64,000 nt of DNA, from the NCBI GenBank assembly GCA_020057295.1, contig JAGVGF010000001.1, positions 1 through 64,000 of the forward strand, in the 5' to 3' direction. Position 1 is the first letter of the stretch, and the number at the start of each line of letters is the position of its first letter. A program made the translations under genes and the position numbers. Below the pieces are notes generated by a model. It was not told the DNA's origin. It ran no database searches and was given only the letters and a program-made list of their open reading frames with translations. Shown piece by piece: positions 19,901 through 34,900 of the stretch. The stretch is from an archaeon (lineage in GTDB: Archaea > Nanobdellota > Nanobdellia > Woesearchaeales > UBA9642).

Positions 19901-22900
19901 TAATAATATCACTAACAATCTTTCTTCTAGTAGAAGTATTTATCTTAAGACAGGTTCTTATAATAACGTTAGTAATAATAATATCTCACAATCTGGAACA
20001 GTAGCTGATACAATCATAGAATTGAATGGTCAATTCAATGATTATATAATAAACAATGATATACGTAGTACTTCGTCTTACTATCCGACTTATGATTTAA
20101 GATTGACACCAGCAAATAACACTTTAATACAATATAATCGTTTCACTCACTCTGCTGGAAGTTCAGGCTTAATTCTATATGTTGGCGGTTCTAATCCTGG
20201 TTCAAATAATGATATGATTTATGATAACAATATTACCGACAATGGTGGTGCTACTGTGATAGGCGTATATAGTGGAACTAATAACACTTTTAGTCGTAAT
20301 ATAGTCACAGGTGTCTCTAGTAGTGTCATATATATACAAAGCGTTAATGGAGATTATTTCTATAATAATACATTCCCTAAATTATGGATGTATTCTTCAA
20401 ATAATCATTTATTTGTAAATAATACATTCAAAGGTACAGGCGCCAACGGTATAGAAATTCAAGATTCTAGCAATAATAACTTTACATTAGGTAATTCTAC
20501 AGGCTCATACGCTATAAAATTCAGTTATACAAGTTCTGGATCAATTAATAATACATTTACAAATATTACTTTGAGTGCAACAACTACTCACATATTATTA
20601 CTTGCACAAAGTGTTAATAATTCATTTTATTACAACAATCTAACAGGTAGTGGAACATGGATCAATAATTCAAATTCTACTAACACATTTAATACAACAG
20701 TCAATGGCGTTCCACAAGGTAATATTTATACTAACATTACAGCTTATGATGTGTCTGACTCTGATGGAGATAAATGGGCTGATGGTGGAGGACAATATCC
20801 ATTAAACTCATCATTCGCACCAACACAATGGGCAGGATATGGTAACGATTATGGACCATATACATCAAAAATCGGATGTGGTGTAATGCGTACAGGAAAT
20901 ACTATAATCACATTAACACAGAATCTTTCAATCAACAGTTCAACATGCTTCAACATCACTTCAGCAAATGTAACAATAAATTGTAATGGATTTAGTATAA
21001 CTGGAAATTTCACAGCTAACATTTATGGAATATATAGTAACCAATTTAATACTACTATTAAGAATTGTGTTATTAATGGATTTATGGATAATATACAGTT
21101 GAATAGTGCAAATAATAGTTTGATATATAATAATACTTTAAATGGTGCTTATGCAGTCAGTTCCTATCGCGGTAATATTTATTTGACTGCTGTTAATAAT
21201 GTTACTATACTAAATAATCGACTTAATATGACTGCTAGTAACTATGAAGCTAATGTGATGTTTGGTGGCGGTGGTGTTACTGATAATGTGTGGATTGATA
21301 GTAATATTATGAATGGTAGTGGAACTTATGCTAGCAACATCAGATTTCAAGGCGGAACTATTAATAAAATTTTTGTCAATAATAATACTATTTTAATGAA
21401 TTGTACTAGTCAAAATTGCAACGGTATCATTGCAGGCGGTTCAAATCCTTCATTAATTAATATAACTAACAATAATATTACTCTTTATCCTAGTTCTAGC
21501 GCATCAAGCAGTTCTCTACTAATAAGCATTCCTGGTATTTTAAATATTCTAAATAATACATTAAATGTTGCTGGTCCGAATTCTCCTGTAGATCTTTTCT
21601 CTATTACTCCATCTTCTGGTTCAAACATAAGTAATAATATAATATCCACAACTAATAGCTATAAGAATTTTATACTACCTCCTTATGCTTGGTCCAATGT
21701 AAATATCAGTAATAATTATATAAATAATAAACCAATAATTGCCTATGGTTCACTTGGTGTTACTTGTCCTAATAATCTAGTTATAAGCAATTTTACATAT
21801 AATTCTACGACCAATTATTCTTATGTAGGGTTCAGTAGTTGTACAAATGTAACACTAAATAATTTAGCTTATAGTGGAGGATTGGGTGTTTATTCATCAA
21901 CTCTTAATATATATAATTCTACATTTACTAACATGACAGACAGAGGTATTTATTTCGTTTCTGGAACGTCAGCATTAATGAATAATAATACTTTTTATCA
22001 AGATGGATATTTTCCTGCTGTGTCAAGTTATCTTATATGGTCACAATATACTAATTTTAACTTTACAAATAATTATGTATACTATAATAATATCTATTCA
22101 CCAATAATACTTTATACTTCAGGAACGGGTTACGTATACAATAATGTGATAGATGTTAATAATTCTAATGGAGGCATATTGTTGCTTTTACAAAATGGTG
22201 CCAATAGCAGGGTATATAATAATATTATTACCGCCTATAATAATTCTAACTCTATGGGTATGAGATTGCAAAGTGGCTCATCGCCTTCAGCATATAATAA
22301 TACACTGATAAATCTCCCTATTGGCATATCCTTCCAGTCTACATCCAATATTTCTTGTTATGATAATACTATAATAAATTCAACAACTTATGGTGTTTAT
22401 TATTATGGTAATGGTGCCTCATCACAACTTTCAAGCATATACAATAATATTATCACTCCTTATAGCGGTCAAGGAATATATTTGGAACATTCAACGTACA
22501 ATGTTACTATATATAATAATATCATAAATGGTACTCCTGGATACGGCATATATTTTACATTCGTTAAAGTAAATATTAGCGTGTACAATAACACTATATC
22601 TTCAAAAGCAAACTCTGCTGCAGGAATATATTATGACTCAAATCCTCCTACTGCTTATCCTAATTATAATGTGATAATAGCTAACAACAATATTACACTA
22701 AATGGTACATCATCTAATGGTATATACTATAATAATGGTGCAAATGCTAGTAGAGTATATGGTAACACTATAGATATGAATAATGCTGCAGGATCAAAGG
22801 CAATATATATTTCGCAAACAAATACCAGAGATAATGTATTCTACTATAACACTATACTTAATTCTCCAACATGGGTAAGTAACGCAAATGAGACGAATCA

Positions 22901-25900
22901 ATTTAACACTACAGTTAATGGTCAAGCTCAAGGAAATACTTATCCTAATATAACTTCTTATGATATTAATGATAATAATTTTGATGGTTATGGTGAGACT
23001 GGAACTCAGTATCCTGTAAATGCAACAATATTCCCAACAAAATGGGTTGGTGTTGGTGCTGATTATGGTCCCGCAACTAATAAGTTTGGATGTGGAACAA
23101 TAAGTACAACCAATGTGGTATTAACACTATCTCAAAATTTATCTGTTAATAGTTCAACATGTTTCAATATAACAGCACGAAATGTTACAATAGATTGTAA
23201 CGGATTTAGTATTACTGGAAATAATAGTGCTGGAACTTATGGTATATATACAAATTCGACAAATACTACAGTAACGAATTGTGTTATTAGTAATTTCTCA
23301 ACCGGATTAGGAATAAACAGTTCATATGTTACAGTACGAAATAATACTCTCCGACAATCTATTAGTTATGGCTTGTATGTGTTTGCTGGTTCTAATATTA
23401 ATATCTCCGGGAACAATATAACTTCAAATGGTAATTCTATTACTTATTTTAAGAATGTATATAACTCTACATTTAGCAATAATTATCTTTATAATTATAC
23501 TACTAATCATTATTATATTGATTTAAATAGTAATGTAACATTCTTTAATATATTGAATAATTCTTTTGCGGGTACAGCTGTGTCTAGTAGTAGGATGGTT
23601 TCTATGTCGGCAATAACATCTAATATATTTATTGCAAATAATACTGCACTTATAACTGGTACTACTGGAACTTCAAATATTTTCGTAAAGTTATATGGTG
23701 GATCTTCTAATATAACTATTGATTCTAATAATGTTTCCTTCTACGGTTCTTCCACTGCTGGTGGCAATTATATTATAGAAGGAGGACAATCTTTGCCTTA
23801 TACTAATATATTAATTAAGAATAATACTTTTATTCTTTCTGGAGGAGTAGTTAATTATGTATTATACCTTAATTCTCATGGTGGAGGATCATACACTCTT
23901 ACTAGTAATACTATTTCTGTAAGTCAGAATAATTCTGGATTATATCTGTTAGCAGGATATGGTAGGGATTATAATATCTCTACTTCAAATCTAATTAATG
24001 GCAGACCCACACTGTTCTACCATCCAACTTATAATCCTTGCCCTAATAATCAAGTATTTACTAATAATACTTTTTCATTATTAGGCTTTGTTGGATGTAA
24101 TAATATTACTGTGTCCGGAGTAAATGTTAATAATACTGAGGGAGTATGGATTATTGCATCAAACATTACAATTCTTAATTCCAATTTTACTGATTCATTT
24201 GTAGGTGTTCACATCTCTGGCGGAGCATTAGCTAATATTACTAATAATGTTATTAGTGCTTATGTTATGCCTATATATATAAGTGGTAATGATGGTGCAG
24301 TGTCCAATCAATTCTTTTACAGAAATAATGTTACTGCTAAAACAGGAAGTATTCTCCAATATTACAGCACAGTTTCATCAATTAATTATATCGATAATGA
24401 CTTTTTATCCCTAACTGCAAATACTTTAGAAATCTCTAGTTCAATAAGCGATAAATTCATCAACAATCGTATAACTGCTCTTTCGGCATATTATCCTATA
24501 CTTTTTAGTAGTGCCAGTTATCTTAATTTTACTGGTAATAATTTAACAACTGGTACTGGCTATGGTATGTACTTCGCTGGCACTGTTTCTTACTCATCAT
24601 TTTATAATAATAATATTTTTTCTAGTTCATCTGCTATTCGTGTTGCTTCCCAACTCGTACATAATGTATTTTCAGGAGGTTCAATAAATGGTACTTATGG
24701 TATTCATCTAGCTAGTTCTTCATCGAATAATAACACTTTCAAAGGTATTAACATAACTGCTTCGATTGCAAATGTATATGTGGTATCTACATCATACAAT
24801 AATACGTTCTATTGGAACTACTTTAATGGTTCAGGAATATGGGTAAATAATAGTAATTCTACTAATTCGTTTAATTTTACTTTGAATAGTGTGTCTCAAG
24901 GTAATTATTATCCTAACATAACGTCTTATGATATTAATGATATGAATTTTGATGGATGGGGAGATGCAGGAACACAATATCCAATCAATGCAACAACATT
25001 CCCTACAAAATGGGCAGGAATTGGTGCAGATTACAATCCAGCAACTAATAAGTTTGGATGTGGAACAATAAGTACATCAAATATAGTTGCAACTATGAGT
25101 GTAAATATTTCAGTCAATGGTTCAACGTGCTTTACAATAACAGGTGTTAATGTAACGCTTGATTGTAATGGATATTCTATTATTGGAAATCAGACTACGA
25201 GTACGTATGGTATAATTGCTAACGCAAACAATACTGTAATAAGAAATTGTAATATACAAGACTTCTTTGTCGGGGTATATTATCAGACTGGAAAATCGCA
25301 TGGTCAAATCTACAATAATAATATTACGGTAAATGTTAGTATATCTAGCGGAGTAGCCGCAAGACTAGATGGTAATAATATAACCTTCTACAATAATACT
25401 GCTGCATCTGTAGGAAGTTCAGGAGCCTCTTATCCTGTTTTCATATCCGGAGGTTATGTTAATATCACAAATAATAATTTACGAACATCAGGTGGAGGTA
25501 CGAATAGTCATGCAATATTTATCTCTACAATAGTTGGTGGTGTTATAGATAGAAACAATATAAACGCAAGCGCGAGTGCCTCTAGAGGTATTTATATCGC
25601 TCAAGGTAGAGATTATAATATCACTAATAATATTATCTATGCTCCTTCGACCTACGAAGCAATATATTTACAGGATGTTCACAGAGTATTATTCTTAAAC
25701 AATAATCTATCAACAACAGGAAATACTGCGATAGATCTTAGTTCTGGAGGAGGATCAACAAACGCTTCTGATAACAATTTCATCGGAGGTTCAATTACTG
25801 GAAAAATATTCTTTGAATATGATAGATGTATAAATAATACTTTTACAAACGTAACATTAAATTCAAGCAGTACTCATATTGATTTGACTGTAGGAAAATA

Positions 25901-28900
25901 TAACACCTTTTATTACAATAATTTCACAGGAACTGGAACATGGATAACTAATAATAATGAGACAAATCAATTCAACACATCTGTTAATGGAGTTGCTCAA
26001 GGTAATTTCTATCCATCAATTAATTCGTACCTTGTTTATGATAACAATCAAAATGGTTGGGCAGAAACAGGATCACAGTATCCATTCAATAATGTAACAG
26101 TTTCAAGTAAATGGACAGGAATTGGTGCTGATTATGGCCCAGCAACAACGAACTTTGGATGTGGTAATTTGGGAACTGCAAATACTAATTATATATTGCC
26201 AAACAATGTTTCAGTTAATAGTTCAACATGTTTCATAATAACAGCGCAGAACGTAACACTAGATTGTGCAGGATATTCGATTAGTGGGAATACTAGCGCC
26301 GAAACTTCCGGTGTTTATTCCACAATGTTTAATACGACTGTTAAGAATTGTAAAATTAATGGATTTAATTATGGTATATATTTTAACGCAACAAATAATG
26401 GAACCATCCAAAATAATAATATAAATGCAACGCAAACTTCAGGGTATGGTATTTATTTGCGTAATGGCGTGAATTACACTAATGTTTTGAATAACACAGT
26501 CTCTACTAATGCAAATAGCGGGATTGGAATACTTTTACAATCTAATTCTAATATGAATTCAGTGTATAATAATACTATTTCTACTTGGGTATCTAATAGT
26601 CATGCGATCTTGCTTAACCAAAATTGTCAGTATAATTTAATATATAATAATATTGTTTCGACAAATGATTCTGGGTCAATAGGTATACGTTTACAGAATA
26701 GTAATGATTATAATGTTGTTTATTCTAATATAATCTCTACTACGGGAAGTTCTAGTCATGGAATACATTTAGTTTCCGGTGGCTCTCGGTATAATTCTTT
26801 TTACAACAATAATTTAATTATAAACGGCTCTACAGCATATGGAGTTTATTTATCTACTATACAGGCATATAATAATTTTACTTCTAATAATATTTCCTCT
26901 GCTCAAAGTTACGGAATGTTGCTTGATTCGGGAGCATATGACAACATGATCTCTTTAGGATCGATAAATGGAACTATTGCTGTGATACTCACATTCTCTT
27001 CAAAAAATAACATCTTCACAAACATTACATTAAATGGATCAACATCAAATGTTTATGCAGATTCTACTTCAGGTAATAACACATTCTATTACAACAATTT
27101 CACAGGTTCTGGAATGTGGGTAAACAACAGTAATGAGACAAATTCATTCAATACAACAGTTACTGGAATTGCACAAGGCAATTACTATTCAAACATTAAC
27201 AGTTATGATATTAACGATTATATACCAGATGGATGGGGAGATGCAGGAACGCAATATCCAATCAATGCAGCAACAATTCCAACTAAATGGACAGGACTTG
27301 GTGCAGATTATGGTCCAGCAACAACAAAGTTTGGATGTGGAACAATTACGCAGCCGGATAGAACATATAATTTAACATCTGACTTAAACATTAATGGTGC
27401 AACATGTTTCATAATAGCAGCACAGAATGTTACAATAGATTGTAAGAATTATAATATTATAGGAAACAACACTCCTTACACTTATGGCATATATAGTAAT
27501 CAATATTTCTACACAGCATACAATTGTAGCAACATAATAAATTTCACCGATACTGTTGAGCAGCCAGGAACAATCGGTAATGCTACAACAAACAACAGAT
27601 TAATTACAGATAAATTAGCAGGAATTCCTTATAGTTTCTTACATAATGTTACAGTAAATAATACTGGAAACTCGTCAATGTTAAACTTAACTATCGTTGA
27701 AATAGTTTCAAGTCGTGGTGCAAAGATACAATCAGTAGCAGACTATTCAAGTAATTGTACAACCGATTTAAAACAAAACACTTACTGTTACAAAACATAT
27801 AACATAACAACCGTAGTAAGTTTAACGGCTGGACAACAATATCCTGCAGTAACATTCCAAGTGAATTGGTCAAATCATAATAGTACAAATGTTACGCAAA
27901 CATCAAGTTTTGATATTATAATACAAGCTAATCCTCAAATGTATGTTTCATCAACTAATCTATTGTTAAATTCTGGATTCAGTAATCCTAATATAACAAC
28001 ATTAACAGTAGATAGTATTGGTAATGTAGATTTAGGAACATTAAGTACACAAGCAGACAGTGTATTTGTAACAATGACTGGAAGTATTCCATCATCATGG
28101 ATAAAATTCTCAAGTTCAGACAGTTACTGGAATAATACTTGTGGCAGCGACTGTTGGGATTTACTGTATATGAATAGTCCATTAGATCTAAAATTGAACA
28201 CTACAATAACTAATTACAGTACAGCAACATACACTGGTAAAATAAATATAACATCATACATTGCAAGTTCAGTACAAACATATAAAGAGATAAATATTAC
28301 TATAAATGTAACATCAAGTATAAGTACATCCAATAATAATATTAATCAAACTACAAACATTAGCAACATAAATAGTAATATTGTAACAATAAATAATAAT
28401 GGTAATGCTCCATTAACTGATGTTGTAGTAACATATTACAATAACACATTACCAGCATCATGGATAATTATAAACAGTAATTCAAGCAGTTGGAATTCTA
28501 GTGGTAATAAATGGTCAGGCATAGTTGAAGGTTCTAGCGCATATTTGAATGTTTCATTAAATGTTCAAAGTTATACTCCAGGAACATACAATGGATACTT
28601 CACAATAAATACTACTGAAGGAGGAAGTTCGAGAATTAATATTTCAACAACAATCAATCCACAAATATCTCATAACACTACACTGACTCCGAACTTACAT
28701 CATGGCACAACAAATATTATTCCATTAACAATAAACAGTAATGGTAATGCAAAAGCAACAAGTATTAACACAACATTCATCACTGGAACTCTTCCAAGCA
28801 CTTGGATATCATTAAGTTACGGTAGCAATAATGGACAGTCAGTAAATATAGGAGATATAATCGAAGGAAACTCTAAAGATGTAAATATTACAGTAGTTAT

Positions 28901-31900
28901 TCCATCATTCCAAGATCCCGGACAATATAATGGAACAATAAATATTACGGGTACAAATGTTGCAGATAGCATAGTTAATATTTTTGTAAATGTTACAGCC
29001 AATACATCATGGTATATTGTTTCTCCAGTAAATAAAACCAATTCATTCACATTAAATCAGGCAGGAATATTAGCAAACATCACAATAAACAATACAGGTA
29101 ATAATCCATTGAACTTTACAATAAATTATAATATTGGTTATAACGCTGGGGGAGATTTGTGTTCAGGATATTATTGTCTCGGAACACCACAACCAGCCGG
29201 ATCAAATCCAACAAGCATACTTATACAAAAGAATAGTACAGGAACATTTAGTATAATTATTCCAGAAAGCACAGACAGTAAAACAAATGTGGGAGTAGAA
29301 GTAAACATCAGTAATGTTAACGCGACACCAACAGTTCTAACATCCATAATAGTATTTAATGTAACAAATCAGCCGCCACAATTAGTGTACTTGAACGCGA
29401 CACCAAATAATTATACAGAATTATATTATCCAATAGTCGTACAATCAATAATTACAGATGATGAACCAGAAACAGCAGTTATAGGAATGAATATATCATC
29501 AGTATACTTTAATATTACAAATCCACAAGGGACAGTCTATACCATAAACAGCACAAATATTACTGTCACAAACCTTACATTGCAAGGTGTAGCTGACAGG
29601 AAGAGATTTAATACATCATTCACAAATACCAATCTTGAGGGAATATACAATTTAACAGTATTCATTAAAGACAAATCAAATAATTATATTGCATCTAATA
29701 ATTATAGTTTCCAGGTTTTAGGATATACTACAGTAGGGATAACTACTAGTCAAAATATTACATCAAGCAATATTACACAATTACATGGAGAAATCGTAAA
29801 CAGTAATATTACAGTAACAATTACAGGATTAACAAACGCATATAACGCTAATATTACAGCCGTAACACCAAATGGATGGACTGTAACAACAACAAACATA
29901 GGTAATTTAACAGTTGGACAATTAGTCAATGGCACTCTTAATATCACATTGCCATTAGGAACAGTTCCAGGAACATATTCATTAACTCCTGTAGTTTCAT
30001 GGCAGAATGCTAATGGATCATTCAACAATAATACCGGATCACCATTTACAGTTATAGTAAATAATAATCCAGAAATAATTACCAATAATGTAATTAATAC
30101 AGTAATGAACCATAATAGCAATACCTCAATAATTATAGAAATTAACAGTACTGGCAATGTTAATTATGGTGATGGAACAAACCCTGCTTCGATAGTATTC
30201 GAGTCAGGAAATATTCCAATAGGATGGCTAAGCTTTGATAATACATTAACATTATTAACAAAAACATTAGGAATATTAACAAAGAATGTTACAAGAAATG
30301 TTACTGTATACTTGAACATTCCAAAAGGAACATTACCAGGAAACTACACAGGATTATTTAATATATCATCATTAAGTTATTCATACAATAAATATCAACA
30401 AGCAAACTTTACATTAACAATATTGATAGATTCTAATTCATGGAATGCAACAACATTATCTTCAACAAATGATTTCAGCCTGAATAGTGCAGGAAATATG
30501 GCGTCAGTAAACGTAACTAACGATGGTAACGGTAATTTAACATTCAACATAACATATCCAAATTATGGTGATACCGATTACAATTCATATACGAATTTAT
30601 TTAATATTAATCAGAATGTCAGCGGAACAATAGTTAATAGAGATAATATTACATTAGTGCCTGCTGCAAGTTCCATATTGTATGTGTATCAGACAGGCAG
30701 AAATATTACATTACAAAATGTTGGTATAAATGTTACAATAAACGTTAGCGGGACAGTGCGTAATGTTCCATTAATATTTAATATCACAGATCACAATCCT
30801 ATAATTTCTCAGATAACATTCTTAAATAACAGTAATGGACAAGATCAAAATTATACTGAATTAAATACACATATAACATTAAAATCTGTAGTGACTGATG
30901 ATAGAGATATTAACATAACAGCATTAACATTCAATGTTACAATGCCGAACAGTACTGTGATTACATTAATAGGTTCATCAACCAATGAAAATATACTATA
31001 TCAAGGACAATATGTATCGATGAATTTCACACAAGTATTTACTAATTCAAACATTTCAGGAGTATATGCTGTAACTTCTACAATAAAAGATTTAACAGGA
31101 CAGTACACGACAAGCAGTCCTTACTTGTTCAATGTACTAGGAGGAACAACATTAACAGTTACTCCAAACAGCACATTATATAATGCATCTAATGTAACAT
31201 TAGAAAATTCACAAAATATTACTGTAACATTAAACTTAACAAATGTTGGATATGTTACAGCACGTAATATTAACGTAACAGCAAATTTAACTAGTAATAA
31301 TAGTAATTGGATTGTATATCCTCTGAATTATAGTATTTATGTTTCACAAAATTCTACGACAGTATCACTAATAATTAATATTCCAGCAAATACTACACCA
31401 GGGATATATAATATTAATCCAGCAGTGTTCTGGAGCAATCCTAATAGCAGTATAGGATCATACAATTATGGTCTAATAAATATTAGTGTAGATTCTACAA
31501 AGATTGTAAGATTTAACACATATACTACAAATTATACTATTAAACACGGTACAACTAATATTACTGTATTGAGAATAGATTCTGTAGGTAATGATGATGC
31601 ATCAAACGTTATGATTACATTAATTAATACCCCTAATAATTTCACTGTAACAGCAAATCCTGGATCTATAAGTAGTATACCAAAAGGTGAGTATAGATCT
31701 GTTAATTTATCAATTACTCCAACGCAAGGATTAACTAATGGAACTTACACTTTCGATGTTAAAGTCAGAAATGATGGTAAACAGTATTATAGTGATAATT
31801 ATACCGTAACAGTTGTAGTTCCTGCAAGTTATGAATGGAATATTACTGCACGTAACGCTACATTAGTACATAATTCTAACTTTACATTACATGGTGTTTC

Positions 31901-34900
31901 TGGACAAAATAATCAGAACACAGAATTAACAGTCACAAGTTACTCGAATGTTCCAATATTCTTTACTAACATATTAACAGGTGTAGTTAAAGATGCAGGC
32001 ATAATGAATGTTATTAATCCTACCAAAACATTACAACCATTACAATCATATAATATAACATTAAATCATACAGCACCAGCTAATAATAATAATTATACAG
32101 GAGTATTAACAATTGATGATGGACAATCAGCAACAGACATAAATATACTATATGGTTCACATCTTGCAAACCTAACAATTAACAGTATCACGCCAAACAT
32201 CAGCTTAAGAGCAGGAGATATAATTTCTATCAATTCTTCAATAGTCTATGAAGGCAGTCCTGTAACTGGAAACTTAACACCAATCATAATTGTTAATGGA
32301 ACAACATGTACGCTTAATAGTACATCATTTGTTGGTAATTATTTCATAACTAATTGTTCATTACCATCTGCATTAGATGCAAGTTATCATAGTTTAAGGA
32401 TGAATGTTGATTATTCTACAGCACTAGGAGTTATACCATTAACTAGTACACAAATTAATGGATTATACTATAAAGATGTTACTAATCCGAATGTTCAGAT
32501 TATTGTGTTGGATAGTGTAGAAAACGGTGGAAGCATAACTATTTCTGTAAATACTACAGATAATACCGTCATTGATAAGGTTATTGCACAGGTCACCACA
32601 CCCGTGGGAGTAATCAAGAACTTTACACTATCCAATACTAATAATGCTACAATATATAATATTACATTAAATAGTTCAACAAACCTTTCAGAACTAGGAA
32701 TATTTAATGTAAGATATATTGTTAATGACACAACAGGAAATGTTAATAGTACGCAAACTACTAGTTTAGAAATTTATTCATTAAGAACATTTAGTGGTGT
32801 ATTAAAAGACTTAAACAACATACCATTTGTTGTAAACTTTACATTAACAAATGGTTTAACAACAATTAACTTCTCTACCAATAGCAGTGGACACTATAAT
32901 GTAACACTATACGCTAGAATATATAATATTAGTATGATATTTTCAACATATAATATTACTATATATGATGCACCACTATTTAATGTTAGTACATTAATGA
33001 ATCTTGATAGAGTTACCTCTTCAGATGTTACATCACAATTGGTTGGTGCAATTAGAGGATTTGTTGTAGAAACTCAAATGCCTGTAACTTCTATGATTGT
33101 AATAAATTTCGGTTCTGACATTGTTACAAGTAAAGATAATTTACGTGTGTATCAATGTGGTGGATGGAATTATACTAGTAGAATATGTTCAAGTTATTGG
33201 TGGCAACAGTTAGACAATCAAGTTGATAAAATAAATAATGTAGTTAGTGCATCAATACCGGTATTTGCAAATACAACAAGTGCGTTTGTATTAAGTGAGA
33301 TACCATCTAATCCTACACCGATATTGAATCTTCCTATAAAAACTGTAAGTATGGATATTAATCATTCAAGCAGTAAGACAGCATTCTTAGAAGTACAATC
33401 TATTGGTACAGCTGCAATAAATAATATTTATGCATCATGCACAAGTGGAACAATATGTACTAACGGATTTGGACTATTAACAACTAATATTAGTAGTTTA
33501 CCTATAGGAACATTTGCTTATATGAATGTTACAGTAACAGTTCCAACATATCAAGATCCGGGATTATATACTGGCACAATGAGTGTAATTGGAGGAACAG
33601 CAAGCGATACATTCACATTAAACGTTAATGTGCCTTCATTAGTATTATACAATTATACATTAAACAACAATTATCTAAATGCTGGCAGTCAAGACACGGG
33701 AACTTTCACAAATCTAAGAATAAACAATACAGGCAATGCCGCATTAATCATAAATTTAACAGCTAATAGTAGTGATATAACATTCTCAGAATCAGGGTTT
33801 ACAATAAGTAAAAATTCTTACAAAGATATATCGCTATATTATACTGCTCCAGCAAATATAGGATTATATTATTATAATATTAGTATAATCAATCCAAGTC
33901 TTGCTACTCAAAACTTTAACTTATCATTAAATGTTTCACATCAAATAGATATTACATCATTAACACCAACTCAAAGTCTTTATGCTAATGATACTATAAC
34001 ATTAAAGGCTAATGCGATGAATGGATTATCTTTTGTAATAACTAATGTTACATGGAATATTACAGTTAATGGATCAGTATGCACAAATTTACAATCATTA
34101 TATTCTTCAGCTCAAGGATTATGGATTGTAACATGTAATGTGCCATCAGTTGCAGATCGTACTAATCATACATTAAGAGTTTCAGGATATTTTGACGGAC
34201 AATATTCTTATGATACATATCCTATAATTTATGTAGATACATTCCCTCCTTCATTAGTTAATGTTACTGATAATGCTGCAAAAACTGGTGGAACAATACA
34301 AATTAATAGTACAGCAGTAGATGATAGTAACATTAGTACTGCATCAGCTACAATAATTTCGCCAATAGGAGCAACAATAAATCCTATAGTAACATTACTA
34401 AATAAAACAATAGTTTCAGAATATGTATTTACAGAACTTGGAGATTATAATATTAGTTATACAGTAACTGATGCTAATAATAACACATTAACTACAAGTA
34501 AAATTTTCGAAATATATCAACCAATCACATTTACAGGAAACGTATTCAAAGGTAATGGTCAAGGATTAAGTAACTTAACATTCAAATTATATAGACGTTC
34601 TGGTGATTTAACAGAACAATTCAGTACAGGAAATAACGGACTTTATAGTCAAGTCATCAGAAATAGAACTTATAGTGTTGTAAGTATAGATTATGGTAGT
34701 ACTAATATCTTGCTTGATAATGTAAGACTTGCAAATTATGTAAATCAATTCAATCTAGATCCTGTTAATACATCAAATATAGCAATTGCGGATACAAGTA
34801 GCGTTGTTACTGGAATAGCTGTAAACACAAATATCAGTACTACAGGCAATGTAACATTCACATATAATGGAATATTCAATGGTAATCCTTCTAATCTTAA

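Noticed and set aside
17187-27540. Diversity-generating retroelement or CRISPR explanation for the repeats
   Set aside because: No reverse transcriptase or adenine-specific TR/VR pair was seen. The repeats are in-frame, 1-2.5 kb apart and not regularly spaced.
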